Below, piece by piece: positions 46,888 through 56,203 of a stretch of DNA of 63,398 bases; position 1 is the stretch's first letter, and each line of letters begins with the position of its first letter. Below the pieces are notes generated by a model. The model saw only the letters and a list, made by a program, of their open reading frames with translations. It ran no database searches and had not been told where the DNA came from. The DNA comes from a virus (lineage: Duplodnaviria; Caudoviricetes), in the IMG/VR virus record IMGVR_UViG_3300032271_000550, positions 1 to 63,398 of that record; one strand, given 5' to 3'. The position numbers were made by a program, and so were the translations under genes.

Positions 46888-46945
46888 TAGCACTACAACT
46901 TAGATTCATGTGATAGGCTAAACACCTATCTATTAGGAGCACAAT

Positions 46946-47443
46946 ATGGCAGAAAAAGAAGAACAAGAACCCTATTTCCGTTTACTTGTCTGTAAGACTT
47001 GTCGTACCATCGACGAATTGCCGCCTGCGGAAGAAGACCCAGACGACACCCTTTTAACCATTACAGCAGACCGCCACGGCGACCTGCACTATGGTCGTTT
47101 GTGGAATGTTCCCAAAGCTATTTGGATGACCAAGGAACTAAAAGAAGACGTCATCAAGCAGTTGTCTGGCGAAGAGGGCGCTGGTCTAGGTCTGCCTTTC
47201 TATAACACTCGCATGCAATTTGCTGAGGACGCCATGACGTGTTACAGTTTACATGGTCGCCCACAAGGTCAATGTTACGATTACAAGACGGACAAAAAGA
47301 AGTTGTCGGCGGGTACTGAGAAGATGCGTAAAGCTGAAAAGCTAGACGCATACTCAGGTCCAACTATTTATTTATGTGATTTCTGCCCAGTTAAATCATT
47401 TAACATGCAGAAGTTCCACGACGAGAAGGGCATTTCTAAATGA
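46946..47443 (+). CDS. zinc-binding hypothetical protein
   Basis: CKTC, C...H, YLCDFCP; AGGAG RBS. Confidence 0.8.
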   Translation: MAEKEEQEPYFRLLVCKTCRTIDELPPAEEDPDDTLLTITADRHGDLHYGRLWNVPKAIWMTKELKEDVIKQLSGEEGAGLGLPFYNTRMQFAEDAMTCYSLHGRPQGQCYDYKTDKKKLSAGTEKMRKAEKLDAYSGPTIYLCDFCPVKSFNMQKFHDEKGISK

Positions 47444-47685
47444 CCGAGCAAACACCCGAAGAAGAAATCCCTACCTTTGAGACTGGATTTATGCTATTAA
47501 AGGCTAAGTCTGGTAACTGGCATGTGCTAACCGACATTACTTCGCCGCTTAAACTAGAGCGTGAGGTAACTGTTAATGAGGTTCGTGTCGGTGCTACTGA
47601 GGCAGCCCATTCTATTAGCCAACAGCAGTTGGCTGCTTTGATTATAACCGCCCTATCTCCCCAGGACCCGAGTACAATAGAGTAA
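47440..47685 (+). CDS. hypothetical protein
   Basis: ATGA overlap. Confidence 0.7.
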   Translation: MTEQTPEEEIPTFETGFMLLKAKSGNWHVLTDITSPLKLEREVTVNEVRVGATEAAHSISQQQLAALIITALSPQDPSTIE

Positions 47686-47707
47686 TAAGCCTAATACAGG
47701 AGGACCA

Positions 47708-47917
47708 ATGTACATCGAAATGTCCTGCAAGTGCGGAGCCATAATTAATGTTGAAGGGTTCACCGAGGGTTTTACACAACTTACTACCAACCGATTCCTA
47801 GAAGCGCATATCAGTTGCGGTTTTGTGACACCGATTAAAAATGATGGCGCAGAACGCACTACGCGTAGGGACATTGACATACGAAAAATTGTCCAACTGG
47901 ACGATGACGAGGACTAG
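47708..47917 (+). CDS. small metal-binding hypothetical protein
   Basis: AGGAGG RBS; CKC...H..CG. Confidence 0.7.
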   Translation: MYIEMSCKCGAIINVEGFTEGFTQLTTNRFLEAHISCGFVTPIKNDGAERTTRRDIDIRKIVQLDDDED

Positions 47918-48811
47918 ATGTTAGAACCAAGTGAGACATCATACTTTAGCGAGCCTTCGGCTATCCTAGACCCACGCCTATTTAAAGGCGATAAGTTAGA
48001 TAGTTCTGTGCGTTCAGCCGTACTTCAACTGCTATTTAATCACCTTAATAGATTTTATACAGGCGGCGAGTCGTGGTCTTATGTATGGCTGGCTGGTTCT
48101 GGCGTGTCCTATCAATGGGCTGCTCACCGTGACCCAGGTGACTTAGACTGCCTGGTTGGAATTGACTATGTTAGATTTCGTCAATCAAATAACAGATTTA
48201 CTGGGTTAAGCGATAAAGAAATTGCTGACACTTTAAACGAAGGGTTTAGGGCAGAATTGCACCCTATTACTTCAAAGTTTTTAGGAGCCTTTGAGCTTAC
48301 CTTTTACGCTGTTACCACCAGCAAAATTACAGACATTAAACCTTACGCCGCTTACTCGCTAACTGATGATAGTTGGACTGTTGAGCCAGAACTAAAGTCG
48401 CTCGTCATCCCATCGTCGTGGAAGCAGGCCACTGAGGGCGACAGAATTATGGCTATTAATATTTTAACTAGCTACCAAAATGCTAAAGACAGATATGAAA
48501 CTGCTACTAATGATGCCATTAAAGCGACTGCTAGGTCAGAGATGCGCGTCGCTATGTCGCGGGCTTCAGCACTTTACGAAGGCGTTCACTCGGGTCGTTC
48601 TAATGCGTTTTCTCCTGAAGGAGAAGGTTACTCAGATTTTTACAACTATCGTTGGCAAGCAAATAAGCAATCTGGCGTAATTCAATCACTTCGTGCTATT
48701 AAAGAAGAGATGGATGCCCAAGACGAAGCACTAAATAAAAAAACATATGGCGTAGAACTGCCTAGCGCTGAAACATTAATCAGACGCGCAGCAACTCGGC
48801 GCACATATTAG
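47918..48811 (+). CDS. Pol-beta-superfamily nucleotidyltransferase
   Basis: LAGS...GDLDCLV (hGS and DxD), third acid in ELTFY. Confidence 0.8.
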   Translation: MLEPSETSYFSEPSAILDPRLFKGDKLDSSVRSAVLQLLFNHLNRFYTGGESWSYVWLAGSGVSYQWAAHRDPGDLDCLVGIDYVRFRQSNNRFTGLSDKEIADTLNEGFRAELHPITSKFLGAFELTFYAVTTSKITDIKPYAAYSLTDDSWTVEPELKSLVIPSSWKQATEGDRIMAINILTSYQNAKDRYETATNDAIKATARSEMRVAMSRASALYEGVHSGRSNAFSPEGEGYSDFYNYRWQANKQSGVIQSLRAIKEEMDAQDEALNKKTYGVELPSAETLIRRAATRRTY

Positions 48812-48823
48812 AAAGACTACATC

Positions 48824-49282
48824 GTGGCAATCGTCCTATTTTTGGATGGCGTTATGCGCTCCAAAACTAATAAAGTACCCATCTACGAGGGTGTTTCTCT
48901 GTATAAAGCCTTGAATGCCAATGGCTCTGTATTTCTTGCAGTTGATGACCAGGAAGAAGCCCTTCGCTGGTGCAAGGAACACAAACTTACCGATGTTGAT
49001 GGGTTTATTTCTAATAAAACCGTTGGTGAATACGAAGATAAAGACTATCTTAAGATTCAACACCAGCAGGCTTCAGGTCCGCTGCACATGGTAGTGTTAG
49101 CCGACGTAGATTTGGCTACTAAGTGTCTACAAAATGGTATTAAAGCCTTGCTATGGCTACACCCTGTATACCAAAGTGCTAAATTTAGACCTGATGGTAG
49201 GGTTGGGCGTAAGAGCTGGGGAGAGCTAGTCGGGGAGCTGGATAGACAAGTCGATATGATGCTGGAAGATGACAGACTATGA
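48824..49282 (+). CDS. HAD-like protein with degenerate motif I
   Basis: IVLFLDGVM (first Asp of DxD absent); GTG start. Confidence 0.55.
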   Translation: MAIVLFLDGVMRSKTNKVPIYEGVSLYKALNANGSVFLAVDDQEEALRWCKEHKLTDVDGFISNKTVGEYEDKDYLKIQHQQASGPLHMVVLADVDLATKCLQNGIKALLWLHPVYQSAKFRPDGRVGRKSWGELVGELDRQVDMMLEDDRL

Positions 49283-50727
49283 GTAAATTAGTATTTTTAG
49301 GTGCGGAAGTACCCAGTAATAAAACTATTTTAGGGTCAATGAACGCTAAGCGGGTAGGCTTCAGTTACTGGGGCGCAGTAAAGCGCGGGCTTCCTACAAC
49401 TAAAAAGTTTTTGCTGTCGGACAGATTTACTGATGAGGTAGAAATCTATGTGTTCCCAGGGATACCTGCGTCGGCGCAACTTACCGCAGAAGAACTTGAT
49501 GATTTTAGTGCGGATTATGAAAATTTTATTGCCGAAAACCTTGACCGAATTACTATTTTTACTGAGATTCAACACCCAAACATGTCTGAGGAAGCAGTAG
49601 TAGCTCAGCGGTTGGCTGCGTGGAACGACGTGGACGACGAAAAGTTTGGAGTTATTTATTCAAGTGGTGATTTAGAAGCATTAGCCACTAGGTATTTAAA
49701 TGTGTTTATATCGGGAGAGGCTGCGGAAGTGCTTGCGCCTATCTGTCGTAAGTTATCTTCACAGCACGGAACCAAGTTCCATGTTATGGGAATGGCAAAA
49801 CCTGATTTACTTCGTAATTCTCCATTTGAAACCGCCAGTACTATGTCTTGGTTGTCGCCTATGATGCGCGGTGAGACGATTGTCTGGTACGCTAACCAAC
49901 TACACCGCTATCCAAAGAGCATGAAGGACCAGGCTAGGTCCCGCTATAAAGCCGCGTACGAGGCTGCGGGATTGGACTTTGATAAAATACTAGCCGATGA
50001 TGCTATTGAAGTCTCTAAACTCGCCGTATGGTCGTTCCAGAGGCTTGAGGAGTGGCTGGCTAACACTTCACATATAGTAACTATAAGTGATGAAAAGTTA
50101 CCCCCAGAAAAACATCAAACTACCCCTGTTGATGTTAATATATCAACATCAGAATCAATCAAACTTAATACAAGAAATCCTTCCGAAATGACAACTTTAC
50201 CTGTCCTCGGCGTGGAAGTTTCCCGTGTCATTGAGACTGATGAAAATGGGCGTGATGTTCTTAAAGAAGTTCCAGTTATTCGTTCAAACAGCACCAGTTT
50301 AAGACAGTGTAATACCTGTTTTGTTAAAGATAACTGCCCTGCTTTTAAGCCCGACAACTCTTGTGCGTTTAGTCTGCCAGTAGAAGTCAAAACTAAGGAA
50401 CAACTTAAGGGCTTAATTAACTCACTCCTTGAAATACAAGGGCAGCGAGTAGCATTTGCCAAGTTTACTGAAGATTTGAACGGTGGTTATCCTGACCCGA
50501 ACGTCGGTCAAGAGATGGACAGATTCTTTAAAATGCTTAAAACTATTAAAGAATTAGACGAGTCAAAAGAGATGATGCGTGTCACTGTTGAGCGCAACGG
50601 CGCTGCTGGAGTTCTGTCATCTTTGTTCGGTGAAAGAGCCTCTAAATTAAATGAATTGCCTAATAATGGGCTTACTGAAGAGCAAACAAACGAGGTAATT
50701 AGAAAGATAAATCCGACTGACTTATAG
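49279..50727 (+). CDS. TGT/DpdA-like TIM-barrel protein (divergent) fused to a Cys4 zinc/helical domain
   Basis: GFSYW, TKFHVMG, PFETASTMSW...RG; C-terminal CNTC...CP...C. Confidence 0.5.
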   Translation: MSKLVFLGAEVPSNKTILGSMNAKRVGFSYWGAVKRGLPTTKKFLLSDRFTDEVEIYVFPGIPASAQLTAEELDDFSADYENFIAENLDRITIFTEIQHPNMSEEAVVAQRLAAWNDVDDEKFGVIYSSGDLEALATRYLNVFISGEAAEVLAPICRKLSSQHGTKFHVMGMAKPDLLRNSPFETASTMSWLSPMMRGETIVWYANQLHRYPKSMKDQARSRYKAAYEAAGLDFDKILADDAIEVSKLAVWSFQRLEEWLANTSHIVTISDEKLPPEKHQTTPVDVNISTSESIKLNTRNPSEMTTLPVLGVEVSRVIETDENGRDVLKEVPVIRSNSTSLRQCNTCFVKDNCPAFKPDNSCAFSLPVEVKTKEQLKGLINSLLEIQGQRVAFAKFTEDLNGGYPDPNVGQEMDRFFKMLKTIKELDESKEMMRVTVERNGAAGVLSSLFGERASKLNELPNNGLTEEQTNEVIRKINPTDL

Positions 50728-50877
50728 TTACTATAAGTGCCATTTTTACCCTGAAATGGTATAGTCCTAAAATTGACTAAAAAGAACACACCCCATACGC
50801 AGCAACCGGCCATCAGCTTCGTCTGATGAGTTATACTGGAACACCAACCCCCAAACAAATAGAAGAACAGGACAATT

Positions 50878-52914
50878 ATGTCGTTATCATTTAAATTAAC
50901 CGCCGATTTCGTAGAAGGATACCGCAGTAAGACTGTTCCTTGGGGGTACAAGGACGTTGCTGGTAACTCCGTTGGCGAGATTACTTTTCTCCGTACCTAT
51001 TCTCGTATGAAAGAAGATGGTACTAAAGAATCATGGACTGATGTTTGTGAGCGCGTTATTAACGGAATGTACTCACTTCAGAAAGACCATTGCAAAACTA
51101 ACCGCTTGCCTTGGAATGACGCTAAAGCGCAGGCTTCTGCTAAGGAAGCATTTGACCGTCTCTTTAACTTTAAGTGGACTCCGCCTGGTCGTGGCTTGTG
51201 GGTTATGGGTACGCCTCTCGTAAATGAGCAAAAGAACTCGGCTGCTTTACAAAACTGTGCTTTTGTCTCTACTAACGAGATGACCAAAAACAATCCTGCT
51301 AAGCCTTTTGGTTTCTTAATGGAAGCGTCGATGCTAGGCGTCGGTGTAGGCTTTGACAACAAGGGTGCTGACAAGGGTTTTAATATTTATGAACCAACCA
51401 CGCCGTCGGAATACATCATTCCAGACACGCGTGAAGGCTGGGCTGAATCAACGATGGCGCTCATCAACTCATTCCTGAAGCCTGACCAGCCTGCTTGGGA
51501 TTTTGATTACTCTCAGGTTCGCCCTGCTGGTTCTCCAATCTCTACTTTTGGTGGAACCGCGTCTGGTCCCGAGCCACTAATCTCACTTCACAACCACATT
51601 CGAAACCTGTTCATTGGTCGTGCTGGCGAACTGCTAACTGGTGTGGACATCGCCGACATCGGTAACTTGATTGGTGTCTGTGTTGTTTCAGGAAATGTGC
51701 GCCGTTCAGCAGAACTATTGTTGGGTCGGATTGATGATGAGGACTTTTTAAATCTTAAGAACTCTGACAAGTTTCCTGAACGCAACTCTTATGACGCTGA
51801 AGCCCCTGGTTGGGGTTGGATGTCTAACAATTCTGTTGAGGTTTCTGTTGGAACTGACTTCGCACCGATTGTTGATGGTATCGCACGCAACGGTGAACCA
51901 GGGGTAATCTGGATGGACACCACACGAAAGTATGGTCGTTTAGTAGATTCTCCTAATAATAAAGACTGGCGTGCTGCGGGATACAATCCGTGTGCCGAGC
52001 AGAGCCTCGAATCATTTGAGATGTGTACTCTTGTTGAGACTTATCTAAACCGTCATGATTCTTTGGAAGACTATAAGCGCACTCTCAAGTTTGCTTATCT
52101 CTACGCCAAGACTGTTACGCTTCTCCCTACGCATTGGGAAGAGACTAACGCAATCATGCAACGCAACCGCCGTATTGGAACTTCGATGTCGGGTGTTGCG
52201 AACTTTGCCGATTTGAATGGTTTACCTGTGCTTCAAGACTGGATGAATACGGGCTACGAAACTGTAATCTCTTATGATAAAACCTATTCTGAATGGCTAG
52301 GTATCCGTGAATCTATTAAAACAACCACGATTAAGCCTTCTGGTACTGTCTCTATTCTTGCTGGTGAATCTCCAGGCGTACATTGGACACCAGGCGGCGA
52401 GTACTTCTTGCGTGCCATCCGGTTTAGGAATGAAGACGCTATGGTTGCTCTCTTTAAAATGGCAAACTACCGTGTAGAACCCGCGTCTGAAGACCCTGTA
52501 AATACTTCAGTAGTGTTTTTCCCTATTAAATCTCTCGCAAAGCGCTCTGAAAAAGATGTCTCTATCTTTGAAAAAGCCTCTCTTGCTGCCACAGCTCAGA
52601 GGTACTGGTCAGACAACTCGGTTTCGGTAACTGTCTCTTTCGATTCTGATACTGAAAAAGACTACATTGGTACTGTTTTACATCTCTTTGACGGACAACT
52701 AAAGACTGTTTCCTTCTTGCCAATGGGTAACTTCACTTATCCGCAAATGCCTTACACTCAAATCTCTCAAGAAGAGTATGACAAATACGAATTAAGTCTC
52801 TTTCCTATTGACTTTATTGGTATCTATCAAGGTCTAGGGTCCGACGCTATCGGTGAAGCGTACTGTACCACCGACGCTTGCGAGATTAAGTTAATAGCGG
52901 AAAATAATAAATAA
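50878..52914 (+). CDS. nrdJ: class II adenosylcobalamin-dependent ribonucleotide reductase (monomeric RTPR type)
   Basis: TPPGRGLW, LQNC, GNVRRSA, NPCAEQSL, TTIKPSGTVS, C-terminal CTTDAC. Confidence 0.96.
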   Translation: MSLSFKLTADFVEGYRSKTVPWGYKDVAGNSVGEITFLRTYSRMKEDGTKESWTDVCERVINGMYSLQKDHCKTNRLPWNDAKAQASAKEAFDRLFNFKWTPPGRGLWVMGTPLVNEQKNSAALQNCAFVSTNEMTKNNPAKPFGFLMEASMLGVGVGFDNKGADKGFNIYEPTTPSEYIIPDTREGWAESTMALINSFLKPDQPAWDFDYSQVRPAGSPISTFGGTASGPEPLISLHNHIRNLFIGRAGELLTGVDIADIGNLIGVCVVSGNVRRSAELLLGRIDDEDFLNLKNSDKFPERNSYDAEAPGWGWMSNNSVEVSVGTDFAPIVDGIARNGEPGVIWMDTTRKYGRLVDSPNNKDWRAAGYNPCAEQSLESFEMCTLVETYLNRHDSLEDYKRTLKFAYLYAKTVTLLPTHWEETNAIMQRNRRIGTSMSGVANFADLNGLPVLQDWMNTGYETVISYDKTYSEWLGIRESIKTTTIKPSGTVSILAGESPGVHWTPGGEYFLRAIRFRNEDAMVALFKMANYRVEPASEDPVNTSVVFFPIKSLAKRSEKDVSIFEKASLAATAQRYWSDNSVSVTVSFDSDTEKDYIGTVLHLFDGQLKTVSFLPMGNFTYPQMPYTQISQEEYDKYELSLFPIDFIGIYQGLGSDAIGEAYCTTDACEIKLIAENNK

Positions 52915-52923
52915 GTAGATAGC

Positions 52924-52956
52924 AAAAAGCCCCTAGCAAATCTGCTAGGGGCTTTT
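52924..52956. terminator. bidirectional intrinsic terminator
   Basis: AAAAGCCCCTAGCA-aatc-TGCTAGGGGCTTTT at the convergence of the two genome arms. Confidence 0.85.
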
Positions 52957-52967
52957 GGCTTTGGTGA

Positions 52968-53195
52968 TTAACGGCTCTCTAACCAGTCTTCGTAAGCGCA
53001 GTCAAACTCGGCGTATTCATCTAGCCAGTCAATAGGCGTAACAAGACTGCGGTGTCTCTCAAAATCTGACATTGACCACTCTAAGAAGTCGTAGAAAACG
53101 CTCTCTGTAAGTCTGTGAAGAAAGACTACTTGATTAATCTCTCTGTGACCTGCGATTAGCAGGCTCATTTCTGTAAAGGTAATGCGCTGTTCCAT
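52968..53195 (-). CDS. small acidic hypothetical protein
   Basis: AAAGGA RBS. Confidence 0.7.
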   Translation of the reverse strand: MEQRITFTEMSLLIAGHREINQVVFLHRLTESVFYDFLEWSMSDFERHRSLVTPIDWLDEYAEFDCAYEDWLESR

Positions 53196-53215
53196 TTTAT
53201 TTCCTTTTTGTGGTA

Positions 53216-53446
53216 TTAGTCGAGTTCCTTTAGAATACGAAAGCCAATGTTCTCTTGGATTTCGTTGCCCTTAGCCAAGTCAAACTCGGCTTGGTCTTGG
53301 AAGTAGAAAAAAATACGAGAGTCAAACTCAAAGTTCTCGTCAAACTCGGTCTTGCCGTCTCCTATGACAACATAGACTTCTTGCTCGTTTTCGGGGTCGT
53401 CATACCAACTGATGACAACATCTTTGATTTCGTATTGCTGTTCCAT
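53216..53446 (-). CDS. small acidic hypothetical protein
   Basis: TAATG coupling; GGAG RBS. Confidence 0.75.
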   Translation of the reverse strand: MEQQYEIKDVVISWYDDPENEQEVYVVIGDGKTEFDENFEFDSRIFFYFQDQAEFDLAKGNEIQENIGFRILKELD

Positions 53447-53637
53447 TAGTTTCTCTCCAGTTCTTTACAGGCGCAGGGCAACTTGTCGCAAGTTAAACAA
53501 GATAGTTCCTTACAGGCGCAGGGTGAATAGTTACAATCGTAGCAGTAATACTTGGCGCAACTCTCACACAGCAGTTCGCTGTTTAGTTCTTTGGTGTCAA
53601 AATCATCTTCGCAATAAGCGCAAGTGGTAGATTCCAT
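53446..53637 (-). CDS. small Cys-rich protein with duplicated PCACKEL
   Basis: 12 Cys; TAATG coupling. Confidence 0.7.
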   Translation of the reverse strand: MESTTCAYCEDDFDTKELNSELLCESCAKYYCYDCNYSPCACKELSCLTCDKLPCACKELERN

Positions 53638-53819
53638 TAGTAGCGACCATACTTTCTCTCGTCATCTGGGTCTTGTCTAGGCAGGTCTATTGGTGTGTTT
53701 GTCAGGCTGTCAAGAAACTCGTCAAAACAATCTAAACAAACTCTTTTAGTTACGCCTTTGGCTACATCAAGGGTGATGTCGCTCTTTTCTTTTTGGCACA
53801 TTACACAAACGGTTTCCAT
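53637..53819 (-). CDS. small zinc-finger protein
   Basis: CVMC...CLDC. Confidence 0.7.
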   Translation of the reverse strand: METVCVMCQKEKSDITLDVAKGVTKRVCLDCFDEFLDSLTNTPIDLPRQDPDDERKYGRY

Positions 53820-53959
53820 TAGTCAGCCAACTTTCTTAGCACGCTGTCTAGCAAGTCTATTGCGTCAGGGAATAGAACATTCGTGCCACCTTCGGTAATA
53901 AACCAGTTAAGCCAGCCAGCAAGGTTCTCTTTTTCTAACTTAGTTAGTTCTATGTTCAT
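53819..53959 (-). CDS. hypothetical protein (46 aa)
   Basis: Translated by hand (MNIELTKLEKENL...); fills the gap. Confidence 0.6.
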   Translation of the reverse strand: MNIELTKLEKENLAGWLNWFITEGGTNVLFPDAIDLLDSVLRKLAD

Positions 53960-53960
53960 G

Positions 53961-54146
53961 TTAGTTCTCTTCCTTGTTGTTTTTAAAGTGATTAGCAAAC
54001 GCCTGACCAGCGAGAGAGAACCCTGTGACTGGCGTAGCGTTTTCTTTAATCTCGGTTACTTCGCCAGCCTCGGCTAAAAGCCAAAGTAGTTTATCTGGTG
54101 TGACATCAGAGTCAGTTACTTTTATTGTGATTGAGTATTCACGCAT
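53961..54146 (-). CDS. hypothetical protein
   Basis: Start reassigned to MREYSI after AAGGA. Confidence 0.65.
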   Translation of the reverse strand: MREYSITIKVTDSDVTPDKLLWLLAEAGEVTEIKENATPVTGFSLAGQAFANHFKNNKEEN

Positions 54147-54147
54147 T

Positions 54148-54345
54148 TTAGTATTCTTCCTTATTGTCAAAACCACACTCTTCGCAAGTGTAGTGGTCTC
54201 CATTTTCGATTGGTGTAGCAAAGTCTGTGGCGCAAAAGTCGCACCAATACTGTAGCGGATAGCACCGCTTACAGGTGTCAAGACCACAGCCGTATGCGCT
54301 ACGGCTTTGCTCTAGTATGGTAACTTGTTCTGGCGATAATGGCAT
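54148..54345 (-). CDS. small Cys-rich zinc-binding protein
   Basis: Start at MPLSPE; CDFC...CEEC. Confidence 0.7.
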   Translation of the reverse strand: MPLSPEQVTILEQSRSAYGCGLDTCKRCYPLQYWCDFCATDFATPIENGDHYTCEECGFDNKEEY

Positions 54346-54542
54346 TAGAGTATCTCTTCTTCTTCCCACTCTTCAACATCAAAGTCTGCGCTTAGGGCTA
54401 CTTCGTTCTCACCGTGTATGAACATCTTTGTAACAGCCTTGTTTGTGATGTGTAAGGTCTGCGTCTCAAAGTTCTCTTCGGTAACTTTTTGGTCTGTCTC
54501 TACGGTTACACCGTAAGTAATAAATACTGTGTATTTAGGCAT
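54345..54542 (-). CDS. small acidic hypothetical protein
   Basis: MPKYTVFI start; coupled. Confidence 0.7.
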   Translation of the reverse strand: MPKYTVFITYGVTVETDQKVTEENFETQTLHITNKAVTKMFIHGENEVALSADFDVEEWEEEEIL

Positions 54543-54728
54543 TTAAATCGTTGTCCATTCCATTACGGCGTTGCGTATGGCTAAATCAACTGTGTCTCCC
54601 CAGCCGTCAGCAAGCAGGTCTTCTTCGTCATAGACAGACGCTCTAAACTCCGAGCGTGGGTTGTTATCTGGCGACACATCATCTACGATAATGCGGATAG
54701 TGAAGTCAAGTAGAATGTCGTCTTTCAT
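54543..54728 (-). CDS. small acidic hypothetical protein
   Basis: Start at MKDDIL after GAAAGGA; GWGDTVDLAIRNA. Confidence 0.65.
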   Translation of the reverse strand: MKDDILLDFTIRIIVDDVSPDNNPRSEFRASVYDEEDLLADGWGDTVDLAIRNAVMEWTTI

Positions 54729-55021
54729 TAGTTTTCCTTTCTCAAACATTCGGGGCATAGCATAAACTTGCTACGGTCTTCGGTGTCGTAGTTTAGGTCT
54801 TCGGTAGGATAGTCGTCAAAGCACTTAGGGCAGGTGCTTTCAGGGCTGTTAAACAACTCTTCGTCAATGTAATGTTCAATGTCGCCAAGGTCGCACTCTG
54901 GTATTCCAAAGGTGGGAATGTCTGTGGCTATCTGGTCAATAATCTCTTGCGTGGTTAGCGGTCTGTCAGCACTCACGCTAAAGCCGAATGAGATTACGCC
55001 TGTGTAAGTGTGTTCAGCCAT
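54728..55021 (-). CDS. acidic zinc-finger protein
   Basis: Start at MAEHTY; CPKC...CPEC. Confidence 0.7.
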   Translation of the reverse strand: MAEHTYTGVISFGFSVSADRPLTTQEIIDQIATDIPTFGIPECDLGDIEHYIDEELFNSPESTCPKCFDDYPTEDLNYDTEDRSKFMLCPECLRKEN

Positions 55022-55209
55022 TACTCTTCCCAATGCCCTTCTTCGACTTCGACTACTAGCGTCTCTAGCAGTTCGTCAAGGTAGTTATTCACTCTGCCGT
55101 CAATCTCGTCAGCGAGATTTTCCCATTGAGCGTCGGTGAGCGTCTCACCCAGCAACTCTTCGAATGTAACTTTGCTAATACCAAAGTTCTCTAGTGCGTT
55201 CTTATCCAT
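55021..55209 (-). CDS. small highly acidic protein
   Basis: AGGA RBS; LTDAQWENLADEI. Confidence 0.75.
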   Translation of the reverse strand: MDKNALENFGISKVTFEELLGETLTDAQWENLADEIDGRVNNYLDELLETLVVEVEEGHWEE

Positions 55210-55222
55210 TTTGTTTTCCTAT

Positions 55223-55435
55223 CTAATCTAACTGGTTACAGTAGCAGGGTTCATTTTCTGACAGACAAGTGGCGCAACGAATGTCGCCCATGTCGTCTTC
55301 ATTGACCTTAAGTATGTCTTCCATAATGACTATCCATGTCAGGCAGTAATCACAATGTGTTCTAAGCATAGGCTTAGGGCAGTCTGCCGTCAAGTCTTCA
55401 AGCGTGTCTAGCACTTCGTCTAACGGATTTATCAT
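55223..55435 (-). CDS. small Cys-rich protein
   Basis: Start at MINPLD; ATGA overlap. Confidence 0.55.
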   Translation of the reverse strand: MINPLDEVLDTLEDLTADCPKPMLRTHCDYCLTWIVIMEDILKVNEDDMGDIRCATCLSENEPCYCNQLD

Positions 55436-55596
55436 GAGTTCAACATCATTCCGCACTCGGCTACAAACATCTCGCACTCCAAGCACTCATTCACAGCGCA
55501 CTCAGCAAGCCCGCATAAGTTACTCTCATGCCAATACTCAAATACCGAGATGTGTTCGCAAATAGGATTTTCGGGCATAACTAGGTTGTGTGACAT
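55432..55596 (-). CDS. small Cys-rich protein (54 aa)
   Basis: Translated by hand (MSHNLVMPENPICEH...); GAAAGGA RBS. Confidence 0.55.
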   Translation of the reverse strand: MSHNLVMPENPICEHISVFEYWHESNLCGLAECAVNECLECEMFVAECGMMLNS

Positions 55597-55808
55597 TACG
55601 CTGTCCTTTCAGGTAGTTCTTCCAACTCGCCTTGGTAGAGTTCTACATTGATACTAGAGTTGCGCCACTTAGCGTTAGGCAACTCGTCAATGTTGATTTC
55701 GTCATCTTCGACCTGCGCTAGTAGATACTGTGCGTGTTCTAGGCTGTCTGCCGTGAATACGCCTTTCCAGCACTCCACCACATCATACCTAATAAAATAC
55801 TCTGGCAT
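55596..55808 (-). CDS. small acidic protein (F.ADSLE.AQ family)
   Basis: Start at MPEYFI; FTADSLEHAQ. Confidence 0.7.
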   Translation of the reverse strand: MPEYFIRYDVVECWKGVFTADSLEHAQYLLAQVEDDEINIDELPNAKWRNSSINVELYQGELEELPERTA

Positions 55809-55809
55809 T

Positions 55810-55995
55810 TTAGTCTTCGCTTTCTTCGATTGTGTCTTCGCCGTCAAGATACTCAAAGTCTTCGTCTTCCATGACAAGCGGAATAGGCTCTTCAAGGTTG
55901 TTGTGGAAGTGGTGAAAGTGGTTTAGGACTGTGCGTGGGTCTTGGTCGCTTTCGACTTCGTAACGCTCAACCTTGGTGATAATGTATTTAGCCAT
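55810..55995 (-). CDS. small acidic protein
   Basis: Start at MAKYII after AAAGGA. Confidence 0.7.
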   Translation of the reverse strand: MAKYIITKVERYEVESDQDPRTVLNHFHHFHNNLEEPIPLVMEDEDFEYLDGEDTIEESED

Positions 55996-55996
55996 T

Positions 55997-56203
55997 TTAG
56001 TTTTCCTTTGATAGTGCGATTTGATAGGCGATTTCAATACGCTCGTTCTCGCCTGCGTTGGATACCTGCTCTAGTTCTGCGTCAGTCCAGTTTGTAGTGT
56101 CAATGATTAGCACTTCGCCTGAACCGTATGAGCCGTCTTCCGTGACCCACATGACATGGGTTTCGTATGGATAGACAATGAATGTTTTGTGTTCTGCTGG
56201 CAT
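55997..56203 (-). CDS. small acidic protein
   Basis: WVTEDGSYG; TAATG coupling. Confidence 0.75.
   Translation of the reverse strand: MPAEHKTFIVYPYETHVMWVTEDGSYGSGEVLIIDTTNWTDAELEQVSNAGENERIEIAYQIALSKEN

Noticed and set aside
50810-50870. CTGATGAG upstream of nrdJ as a hammerhead ribozyme, or a cobalamin riboswitch/NrdR box
   Set aside because: No downstream GAAA core or stems; region too short for a B12 riboswitch; no convincing NrdR palindrome. A short hairpin and a TATACT -10 explain it.
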